Shown here: in pieces, positions 32,865-40,008 of the stretch | Layout of the letters: each line of letters begins with the position of its first letter | Position numbering within the stretch: the first letter of the stretch is position 1 | Source: Candidatus Curtissbacteria bacterium RIFCSPHIGHO2_01_FULL_41_11 | GTDB taxonomy: Bacteria; Patescibacteriota; Microgenomatia; Curtissbacterales; GWA2-41-24 | Direction of reading: 5' to 3' | Length of the DNA: 42,127 nt | Assembly: GCA_001776335.1 (NCBI GenBank) | Contig: MFAZ01000012.1 | Coordinates: 1 to 42,127 of the forward strand | The notes under the pieces: generated by a model | What the model was told of the DNA's origin: nothing | The model's database searches: none | The model's input: the letters and a program-made list of their open reading frames with translations, nothing else | Translations under genes and position numbers: made by a program

Positions 32865-34681
32865 GGTCTATAAACAGACTTAAACGATTCGTCAATAATA
32901 AGCTTATCTCCTTTATATACTTTTCTACCAAATACAGAAGTCGCTCCCTGTGCGGAAAAATCAACCTGCTTTTTCGTTCCCTTCGGCAGTGTCGGATCAT
33001 CCTGGAATTCATCAGGAGGAGCCGGTTGAATGTTAGAAATAACCGGATCCGTTATCTGCACTTTTCTTCCGTCCCCTGTCCCATAAATACTTACCTCAAG
33101 TTTTGCGCTGGAGCCGTCAAAAACTGTCTGTACCAAAATGGAATGGTCGGTATCATTTTTAAAAGCAAAATCAACAGCGGGCGCCCAAACAGTCGCATCA
33201 AGCCCAGCCTTGAATCCGCGTTGCTCATAATATCCGACTCTATATGCATGAGCAGTCCTGGCGACTATTGGCAATCCGGCATTCAAGGCAGCTCTAAACA
33301 CTGTCGTTGAAACCTGGCATATTCCTCCGCCATCATCCAAAACAGTTCGTCCGGACGAAATAACATAAGCCTGCTTATAACCGGTTGAACCTGAAACTTC
33401 CCCAACCGCTTTATTAAAAGAGAAAACTTCTCCGCTTTTAACAAGAGTCCCGTTTATACGGCTCGCTCCAAGCGAAATATTATAGACACGATTTGCAATC
33501 GATCCGGCAAAATACGATACTCCCTTCCCAATTAATTCCCGAATCCCGAGAGAATTGATTTCGTCATTGGCAATTTTTGCAGGTACAACTCTAACCGGCA
33601 AATTGATTGACAGCTCCCTCTCGCTGGAAAGATTATCGACAGAAACAGCATTTTTAATAAGATTAAAAGTAACGTCTTGATCCAACTTTTGGCCGTCCTG
33701 TGCAGGAGTAAACTCCTTAACCTTACCTCCTTCAAAAACCAATGTCGCATCCACTTTTTCTTGATCGACCGAATCAGCTATATCTTCAACAAACTGCGTT
33801 ATATAATTATCGTCGACACTAACCTCAAGCTCGTCAGCGGAATTATTACTCGAATTTAAAACTACTAGAGATTGATCTCCAAGCTCAAATTTTAAAGCAT
33901 ACCCCCTCTCCATTCCCTTCGGATAAAACCTCAAAATTGAAATCAAAGTCTTCCCTGAAATTTTCCAGCTATTAAAACCAAAAGTTAAAACGATCCTTTG
34001 ATTATTTAACTTTTTTACGCGAGCCAGGGCTATATCTGCACCGCCTGCCTTCACCCTGGCCTGATCATACATTACCGGGACAGTCACTGCTTCAAAAGAA
34101 AAATCTCTTATTCTGTCTCTTAAGTCCTGTACGGAGCGAGTCTTGTCCACAATCAAACCGTCTTGTGCTTCCTCAATCCTCACATCTCTATCGAAAACAA
34201 TACTGGCGTCTTTGGTTTCCTTCGTGTCATTTTCGCTAACTTGATCAAGAGTATTGGAAAAAGTTGAAAAATCAATGTTTGTTACCGGATAAATATAATC
34301 CTTAGCGAAAAAGGACCTAATTTTAACTCTCAAATCCAAAAAAGTATTTCCGCTTCTCCCGATTTTATAAGCGCGTTTGGCAGTCTCCTCTGGGTCAAAG
34401 CTAATGCCCAGACTGGAGGCAGGAACAGCAACATCATGGGATCCGGAAGCACCAAGAATACGAAAGACAATATCTCTCTTAAAAAAATTATCAGATTTTT
34501 CAACTACTAATCTCTCTAGGTCCTCACTTGCCATACCTGAAACATCCTCTCCCATAACGAAAACATTATTTAAGACCTTACCCGCAAAATAGAAATTTAC
34601 AAACACTAAAAGTAAAACAGGCAAAGCAAGCGAGGAGACCAATAAAATTTTTAAATGAGAATCTTTAGGCACATAAAACAT
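32828..34681 (-). CDS. VanW-family protein with a C-terminal G5 domain
   Basis: DDGGGICQVSTTVFRAALNAGLPIVARTAHAYRVGYYE is the VanW core. The C-terminal PKGTKKQVDFSAQGATSVFGRKVYKGDKLI is G5-like. There is an N-terminal TM anchor. Confidence 0.75.
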   Translation of the reverse strand: MFYVPKDSHLKILLVSSLALPVLLLVFVNFYFAGKVLNNVFVMGEDVSGMASEDLERLVVEKSDNFFKRDIVFRILGASGSHDVAVPASSLGISFDPEETAKRAYKIGRSGNTFLDLRVKIRSFFAKDYIYPVTNIDFSTFSNTLDQVSENDTKETKDASIVFDRDVRIEEAQDGLIVDKTRSVQDLRDRIRDFSFEAVTVPVMYDQARVKAGGADIALARVKKLNNQRIVLTFGFNSWKISGKTLISILRFYPKGMERGYALKFELGDQSLVVLNSSNNSADELEVSVDDNYITQFVEDIADSVDQEKVDATLVFEGGKVKEFTPAQDGQKLDQDVTFNLIKNAVSVDNLSSERELSINLPVRVVPAKIANDEINSLGIRELIGKGVSYFAGSIANRVYNISLGASRINGTLVKSGEVFSFNKAVGEVSGSTGYKQAYVISSGRTVLDDGGGICQVSTTVFRAALNAGLPIVARTAHAYRVGYYEQRGFKAGLDATVWAPAVDFAFKNDTDHSILVQTVFDGSSAKLEVSIYGTGDGRKVQITDPVISNIQPAPPDEFQDDPTLPKGTKKQVDFSAQGATSVFGRKVYKGDKLIIDESFKSVYRPWRAVYLVGTGG

Positions 34682-34737
34682 TGTTACGTGATACAGTCAA
34701 TATGATATCATAGAAATAAGTTTCATTAGGCTCAAAA

Positions 34738-36045
34738 ATGCCCAGGTTGCCGCTTCTAAAAATAGTTTCAATTTTTCTACTTGTTCTCACCTCGTCGATT
34801 ATCCTGTCGGCCTGTTCCAAATTGCCCATATCAATCTTGGATAAATCAAAAAATGAAGCAGTCAACATCGAATATTGGGGACTCTGGGATTCCCAATCAA
34901 CAATGGACTCAATAATTGGCGACTACAAAAAAACCAAACCAAATGTGAACATTTCCTACAAAAAGAAAAGTATCCAGCAATATAGAGAAAGCCTTTCGAG
35001 TCAGATTGATTCCGGGAAGGGTCCGGATATGTTCGTTTTTCATAATACGTGGACCCCTATGCTTAAAGATCAGCTCTCACCTGTGCCTTCTAGCGTGGTC
35101 TCGGCATCGGAAATAAAAAATAACTTTTATCCTGCTGTATCCCAAGATTTGATAGCAAACGGCAAACTTGTGGGATTACCGACAGAAGTAGACGGATTGG
35201 AGCTCTACTACAATGAAGATGTTTTTAAAGCTGCCGGAATCATCAAACCTCCCACAACATGGTCGGAGTTTGCGCAAGATGCAGTCAAATTAACAGTACG
35301 CGACTCTCAAGGAGGCATTAGAACCGCGGGAGCCGCAATCGGAACAATAAGTAATGTTGATCACTTTTCAGACCTACTCGGTCTTATGATTATGCAAAAC
35401 GGAGGTGATCTCAAATCCCCAACTGACAAACAATCGGCGGAAGCCCTTCAATATTATTTAAGCTTTGCTCAGGGTAACAATAAAGTTTGGGATGAATTGC
35501 AGCCTCCCTCGACAGTGGCCTTCAGTGGAGGCAATGTGGCCATGTATTTCGGGCCAAGCTTCAGAGCAATTGAGATTAAAAATGCCAACCCGCAGCTCAA
35601 ATTCAAAGTTGCCCCAGTTCCTCAACTGGAAGGCAATAAAATTGCTTGGGCCAGCTACTGGGCAAACGGCGTGTCGGCAAAAAGTACCAACAAACAAGAA
35701 GCATGGGAATTCGCAAAATATCTGGAGAAGGAAGACGTACTTATTAAAAGATTCAGCGAAAATGCCAAAAGCCCGTCACGCTTTTTTGGCGAACCTTACC
35801 CGCTTGTCTCCATGGCATCTAAATTAGCATCCGATCCTGTGCTTGGCGCCTTCGTCACAGACGCTCCGTATGCCAGATCCTTCCCACTCACCTCAAGAAC
35901 CTTCGATAGTGGTATAAATGATCAAATCATCAAGGCATATGAAGATGCCGTAAATAGTGTAATTAAAGGAGCCCAGCCTAAGACTGCGCTTGAAACGACA
36001 GCCAAAAATGTCAGCCAGATCTTGACTCGCTTCGGAGCAAAATAG
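34738..36045 (+). CDS. ABC-transporter solute-binding lipoprotein (family 1, sugar-type), with no adjacent permease or ATPase
   Basis: Signal peptide with lipobox ILSAC. Length and composition are typical of sugar-binding SBPs (WGLWDSQ..., GLPTEVDGLELYYN). Confidence 0.65.
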   Translation: MPRLPLLKIVSIFLLVLTSSIILSACSKLPISILDKSKNEAVNIEYWGLWDSQSTMDSIIGDYKKTKPNVNISYKKKSIQQYRESLSSQIDSGKGPDMFVFHNTWTPMLKDQLSPVPSSVVSASEIKNNFYPAVSQDLIANGKLVGLPTEVDGLELYYNEDVFKAAGIIKPPTTWSEFAQDAVKLTVRDSQGGIRTAGAAIGTISNVDHFSDLLGLMIMQNGGDLKSPTDKQSAEALQYYLSFAQGNNKVWDELQPPSTVAFSGGNVAMYFGPSFRAIEIKNANPQLKFKVAPVPQLEGNKIAWASYWANGVSAKSTNKQEAWEFAKYLEKEDVLIKRFSENAKSPSRFFGEPYPLVSMASKLASDPVLGAFVTDAPYARSFPLTSRTFDSGINDQIIKAYEDAVNSVIKGAQPKTALETTAKNVSQILTRFGAK

Positions 36046-36088
36046 TTCCCATTTACAATAAAACCCTCTCGGTTTATATTAACGATCG

Positions 36089-36979
36089 ATGAGACTGAAA
36101 CAGGCAATCCTAGCCACACTCGCATACCACGACATTTTTGATTACCCCTTAACAGCACAGCAGATACATAGGTATTTAATAATCAAAGCGAGTAAAACTG
36201 CACTCGAAAAAGAATTAGCCGTATTATTTCCTGCAAAGGAGTTCTACTCACTCACCAACCGTCAAAAAATAGCACTGATAAGAAAAAAACGCCAGAAGTA
36301 CTCAAATAAAAAGCTCAAACGAGCTTACTTCTACGCAAGCTTTCTTAAGCAGATTCCAAGTATAAAAATGGTTGCAATCTCAGGCGCACTTGCCATGGAA
36401 AACAGTCACAAAAGTGACGACATAGACCTTGTCATTGTCACCGCCAAAAACACCCTTTGGACTACAAGATTTCTTGCAAATATTCTCCTGTTTCCGTTCA
36501 AACGTAAGCCGCATTCTAGTCGACTAATCACTAGCCACTATGCACTAGCCACTAACAATAAAGCCTGCCTTAATATTTTCTTGGATGAATCCAACCTGAA
36601 AATTTCTCCGAGAAATATTTACACAGCCCACGAACTCTGCCAGCTAAAATCATTAATAGATATAAATAAAACCTATAGTAGATTAATCAAAGCTAACCTG
36701 TGGATTTACAAGTATTTACCAAATTGGGAACCTGAAGCTGAAAGACAATCGAGGAACGTCGATCGCAGACTGCGTCTAAAAGCTTTAGTCTTTAGTCGTT
36801 CAGCATTAGTCCTTGAAAACTTTCTCAAAAAATTTCAACTATTTTATATGAGAAAAAGAATTACCTCAGAGCAGATAGGGGAGCATCAACTATTTTTCCA
36901 CCCGTCAAATACTCAAGAGTGGGTTTTAAAAGAATATCAAAAGAGGTTAAAAAAGCTAAAATTGGCAAAGTCTTTTTAA
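36089..36979 (+). CDS. Putative nucleotidyltransferase-fold protein (Pol-beta-like)
   Basis: ISGALAMENSHKSDDIDLVIV resembles the GS-x-DxD nucleotidyltransferase motif. It contains two heptamer-tract insertions. Confidence 0.4.
   Translation: MRLKQAILATLAYHDIFDYPLTAQQIHRYLIIKASKTALEKELAVLFPAKEFYSLTNRQKIALIRKKRQKYSNKKLKRAYFYASFLKQIPSIKMVAISGALAMENSHKSDDIDLVIVTAKNTLWTTRFLANILLFPFKRKPHSSRLITSHYALATNNKACLNIFLDESNLKISPRNIYTAHELCQLKSLIDINKTYSRLIKANLWIYKYLPNWEPEAERQSRNVDRRLRLKALVFSRSALVLENFLKKFQLFYMRKRITSEQIGEHQLFFHPSNTQEWVLKEYQKRLKKLKLAKSF
36516..36557. repeat. Heptamer tract (CTAG/GCCAC family) inside the NTase-like gene
   Basis: CTAGTCG ACTAATC ACTAGCC ACTATGC ACTAGCC ACTAACA. It encodes SSRLITSHYALATN. 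This is the same family as 12302-12343, in the opposite orientation. Confidence 0.85.
36783..36817. repeat. Second heptamer tract inside the NTase-like gene
   Basis: CTTTAGT CTTTAGT CGTTCAG CATTAGT CCTTGAA. It encodes ALVFSRSALVLE. Confidence 0.75.
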
Positions 36980-37254
36980 TCGGTCTTAACGCTTTTATTG
37001 CCTGTCGCCAAAAGTGCCAAAATAGTCGCAATACCCGCTCCTATTACCACTTTATCAGTACCCCTGTCATCATCAGTTTCTCGCTCGTCAATCTTGCTAA
37101 TATCCAGAACATCCGGATCGTCAGCAGGGTTTGTATCTGTAGTTGCCATCTCATAGACTCCCACCGAACAAAATCCGAGTGCGGCAACGGTGAAGCCTCC
37201 ATAGACGATACCGCGGCAAGCTTTGTCCAGTCTGCTTAGTTTCCTTTCTCCCAT
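36976..37254 (-). CDS. Small two-TM membrane protein with an acidic loop; function unknown
   Basis: Two hydrophobic segments: IVYGGFTVAALGFCSVGVY and VVIGAGIATILALLATG. I prefer the ATG at 37254. The ORF-track start at 37290 is a TTG abutting the pyrG -35 box. Confidence 0.4.
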   Translation of the reverse strand: MGERKLSRLDKACRGIVYGGFTVAALGFCSVGVYEMATTDTNPADDPDVLDISKIDERETDDDRGTDKVVIGAGIATILALLATGNKSVKTD

Positions 37255-37283
37255 AGGCCCAATATTATACCGAAAATTCAAAC

Positions 37284-37313
37284 TTGACAAAAATTTACCA
37301 GTTTTGAGAGAAT
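37284..37313 (+). promoter_or_regulatory. pyrG promoter: TTGACA-N18-TGaGAGAAT (extended -10)
   Basis: TTGACA at 37284-37289, TG at 37305-37306, GAGAAT at 37308-37313. The predicted start falls on GGGCC at 37320-37324. Confidence 0.55.
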
Positions 37314-37330
37314 ATTGGTGGGCCGAAGGT

Positions 37331-37385
37331 CCTGAGTCCTGAGCGATGGTGAGAGAAATCGAACCAGAGTCGAAGGATCGAAGGG
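37331..37385 (+). repeat. Expanded CCTGAGCGA...GTCGAAGGG element in the pyrG leader
   Basis: CCTGAGT (37331-37337), CCTGAGCGA (37338-37346), GTCGAAGG (37369-37376), ATCGAAGGG (37377-37385). Confidence 0.65.
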
Positions 37386-37394
37386 CACCACGCC

Positions 37395-37421
37395 AAGAGC
37401 TCCCCGCAAGGGAGTTTTTTT
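37395..37421 (+). terminator. Intrinsic terminator/attenuator hairpin plus a T7 run in the pyrG leader
   Basis: Stem CTCCC (37400-37404) pairs with GGGAG (37410-37414), with loop CGCAA. It is extendable by AAGAG pairing with the T-run. Seven T at 37415-37421, which is 70 nt before the pyrG ATG. Confidence 0.55.
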
Positions 37422-37491
37422 AGGCCCGCAGTCCGAGTCATCGAGGACGAGGACCGCATGCCAAACGCCCTGATTTGAAGGGGCACTGTAT

Positions 37492-39117
37492 ATGGTTCGA
37501 ACAAAATACATCTTTGTCTCAGGCGGGGTTATTTCCGGAATCGGCAAAGGCATCGCCGTCTCTTCAATATCTCTTCTTCTAAAATCCCGCGGTTTTTCGG
37601 TAACTGCCATGAAAGCCGATCCGTATCTCAACGTAGACGCCGGCACCTTAAACCCAATTGAGCACGGAGAAGTCTTTGTTCTGGATGATGGCATGGAGTG
37701 CGACCAGGATCTGGGCAACTACGAGCGCTTTTTGGATCAATCTTTAAACGCCACCAACTACATGACCACGGGCCAAGTCTTCAAATCTATAATCGATCGC
37801 GAGAGGGCTTTAGGCTACGAAGGGAAAACAGTCGAGTTTTTCCAGCATCCGCCCGAAGAAATCATTTCAAGAATCAAAAAATGTGTCAGGCGAAATCGCG
37901 CCGAGATCATTGTTTTTGAAGTAGGAGGAACTGTAGGGGAGTACCAAAACCTGCTTTTTCTGGAGGCTAATCGTCTTCTGAAGCTTACTCACCCCAGAGA
38001 TGTTCTTCACGTCCATGTCACTTATTTGCCGATCCCCTCATCAATAGGGGAGATGAAGTCAAAACCCGCCCAAATGTCCATCAATCAACTGTTCCAGTCG
38101 GGGATTCAGCCCGATTTTGTACTTGCCCGTTCGCAAATGGCCGTCGATGAAAAGAGAAAGCAGAAAATAGCAATCGCTGTCGGCATGAACCCCGACGATA
38201 TCATCTCCGCCCCGGACGTCGAAAGCATATATCAGGTACCACTTAATTTCGAAAACCAGGAACTTTCCAACAAAATCTTGAAAAAGCTCTTCATCAAACC
38301 ACGAAGGCGTGATCTTTCGGATTGGAAAGTTATGGTCAACAACACTTTAACTGCCAAAAAGACGGCCAAAATTGCCATGGTCGGTAAATATTTTGCAACC
38401 GGAGATTTCACTCTTTCCGATGCTTACCTTTCTGTCATAGAGTCCATAAAACACGCATCAGCTGCAAATGATATCAAACCCAAAATTACCTGGGTCGACA
38501 GTGGCCAAATCGAAAAAGAAGGCACCAAAATACTCGCCGGCTACGACGGAATTATCGTTCCGGGAGGCTACGGTGAAAGGGGAGTCGAGCAAATCATAGA
38601 AAGCATCAAATTCACAAGAGAAGCCGGAATTCCGTATTTCGGGCTCTGCTTTGGAATGCAGCTTGCGGCAGTCGAATTTGCCAGAAACGTTTGTGGATAC
38701 AAGGATGCCCACACAACTGAGATCAACCCCAAAACCAAAAATCCGGTAATCGATGTCATGGAGTCTCAAAAAGAAAACGTCGCGGGTAAAGTCTTAGGTG
38801 GCACTCAGCGCTTGGGATCTTGGGACTTCAAAGCCACAAAAGGCACAAAGTTTGCAAAAGCCTACGGTTCACTATCAGGTTCAGAGCGTCACCGTCATCG
38901 CTACGAATTCAATAATAAATATAGGAAATTGTTTGAAAAGAAAGGCTTTTTAGTCGCTGCCAGCAATAAAGAAGAAACTCTGGTCGAAGCCTTGGAACTC
39001 AAAGACCACCCCTTTTTCATCGGTGTCCAGTTCCACCCCGAACTCAAATCCCGCCCGCTTCACCCACACCCCCTCTACATGGCTTTCATGGAAGCGGTTA
39101 GCAAATCGATAAAGTAA
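37492..39117 (+). CDS. pyrG: CTP synthase
   Basis: KYIFVSGGVISGIGKGIA (synthetase domain), GLCFGMQLAAVEFARN and ERHRHRYEFN (glutamine amidotransferase domain). 541 aa. Confidence 0.95.
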   Translation: MVRTKYIFVSGGVISGIGKGIAVSSISLLLKSRGFSVTAMKADPYLNVDAGTLNPIEHGEVFVLDDGMECDQDLGNYERFLDQSLNATNYMTTGQVFKSIIDRERALGYEGKTVEFFQHPPEEIISRIKKCVRRNRAEIIVFEVGGTVGEYQNLLFLEANRLLKLTHPRDVLHVHVTYLPIPSSIGEMKSKPAQMSINQLFQSGIQPDFVLARSQMAVDEKRKQKIAIAVGMNPDDIISAPDVESIYQVPLNFENQELSNKILKKLFIKPRRRDLSDWKVMVNNTLTAKKTAKIAMVGKYFATGDFTLSDAYLSVIESIKHASAANDIKPKITWVDSGQIEKEGTKILAGYDGIIVPGGYGERGVEQIIESIKFTREAGIPYFGLCFGMQLAAVEFARNVCGYKDAHTTEINPKTKNPVIDVMESQKENVAGKVLGGTQRLGSWDFKATKGTKFAKAYGSLSGSERHRHRYEFNNKYRKLFEKKGFLVAASNKEETLVEALELKDHPFFIGVQFHPELKSRPLHPHPLYMAFMEAVSKSIK

Positions 39118-39123
39118 CTCGTT

Positions 39124-39153
39124 TTGACTTTCGCACGTCAATATAAATATAAT
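39124..39153 (+). promoter_or_regulatory. Candidate promoter TTGACT-N18-TATAAT giving a leaderless or near-leaderless transcript for the 93-aa ORF
   Basis: TTGACT at 39124-39129 and TATAAT at 39148-39153. The ATG at 39162 lies only 8 nt after the -10 box. Confidence 0.45.
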
Positions 39154-39161
39154 TTCCGCTA

Positions 39162-39443
39162 ATGACTGAACGAGATTTTTCGGAAGAACTATTAATAAAT
39201 GCTCCGAAACAAAAAACCGCAATAGAATTTCCTTCTGTGCTTCGGCAGGCGGTTAAAGCGAAGTTATGGTTAGATCAAATTCAAACCGGCCAGGAGATAA
39301 CCTTTACTCAAGCGGTTAACGCTCTTCTCGCAATAGAGTTCTTACCAATGGATGTTGGGCAAGTACAGGAATTGATAAAAAGATATCGGAAAGCAAGAGT
39401 CTCTCAAATCTTGCCAAATCCGTCTGACAAACAAAACCCTTGA
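39162..39443 (+). CDS. Hypothetical 93-aa protein
   Basis: An ORF with its own consensus-like promoter. Its stop is embedded in the groES -35 box. I recognised no motif. Confidence 0.4.
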   Translation: MTERDFSEELLINAPKQKTAIEFPSVLRQAVKAKLWLDQIQTGQEITFTQAVNALLAIEFLPMDVGQVQELIKRYRKARVSQILPNPSDKQNP

Positions 39444-39467
39444 CAAAAACAAAATCCTTGCTAAAAT
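39440..39467 (+). promoter_or_regulatory. groES-groEL promoter TTGACA-N16-TAAAAT
   Basis: TTGACA at 39440-39445 and TAAAAT at 39462-39467. Confidence 0.6.
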
Positions 39468-39469
39468 AC

Positions 39470-39500
39470 TAGCAGTCACAATCACCTAGTGCTTGTGACT
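39470..39500 (+). promoter_or_regulatory. Inverted-repeat operator just after the -10 box; partial resemblance to CIRCE
   Basis: Perfect IR: AGTCACAA (39474-39481), N11, TTGTGACT (39493-39500). The overlapping CTAGCAGTC-N9-TAGTGCTTG matches TTAGCACTC-N9-GAGTGCTAA at 13 of 18 positions. Confidence 0.5.
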
Positions 39501-39540
39501 TTTGCTCTAAAATTAAGAATTCTGCCTGCAATTCTGTTCA

Positions 39541-39572
39541 ATAACAATTTAACAATATAGCAATATAACAAT
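39541..39572 (+). repeat. Octamer tract ATAACAAT TTAACAAT ATAGCAAT ATAACAAT directly upstream of groES
   Basis: Four units ending 7 nt before the ATG at 39580. TAA/TAG falls in every frame. No Shine-Dalgarno is present. Confidence 0.85.
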
Positions 39573-39579
39573 TAATTTT

Positions 39580-39906
39580 ATGCTTAAACCTTTAGCCGGA
39601 TACGTACTAATAGAACCTGCCGAAAAAGAAACTAAAACTGCTTCCGGAATTTTACTTCCGGACTCTGCCGACGAAAAACCACAAGAGGGCAAAGTTTTGG
39701 CTTGCGGGGACGATGCAGTCGAAGAAGGCAAAACAATCAAATGCCCGGTCAAAGTAGGGGACAAGGTCGTTTACAAAAAGTGGGGCGGCAACGAAATCAA
39801 AGTCGAAGGCAAAGAACTCCTGCTCATAAAATTCGAAGACCTAATGGCAATAGTGACAAAGAGTAACTTAGAACTTGTCCAAGAATTAGTTGATAAAAAG
39901 AAATAA
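39580..39906 (+). CDS. groES: Co-chaperonin GroES (with a ~12-aa C-terminal extension)
   Basis: MLKPLAGYVLIEPAEKETKTASGILLPDSADEKPQEGKVLACG. It lies directly upstream of groEL. Confidence 0.95.
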   Translation: MLKPLAGYVLIEPAEKETKTASGILLPDSADEKPQEGKVLACGDDAVEEGKTIKCPVKVGDKVVYKKWGGNEIKVEGKELLLIKFEDLMAIVTKSNLELVQELVDKKK

Positions 39907-40008
39907 TTTATATTAATTTTAAATTTGGCTTAGCCAATTTAAAATTGTCCAATTGGGGAAAGAAAAATATTAAAAGGAAAACCGTAGGTTGTCCTTTTAA
40001 AGTGAAAT

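Noticed and set aside
37489-37502. tRNA T-arm-like GGTTCGAAC
   Set aside because: It is the pyrG start region (ATGGTTCGAAC = M-V-R-T). There are no acceptor or anticodon arms around it. I saw no tRNA-like structure elsewhere in the window.
37278-37718. Minus-strand 146-aa and 69-aa ORFs overlapping the pyrG leader and 5' end
   Set aside because: They are antisense to an unmistakable CTP synthase and to the GC-rich leader element. They show no RBS and no protein-like composition.
39468-39496. Canonical CIRCE/HrcA operator
   Set aside because: Only 13 of 18 consensus positions match and the two arms are only 6 of 9 self-complementary. I report it instead as a distinct perfect 8-bp inverted repeat with loose CIRCE similarity.
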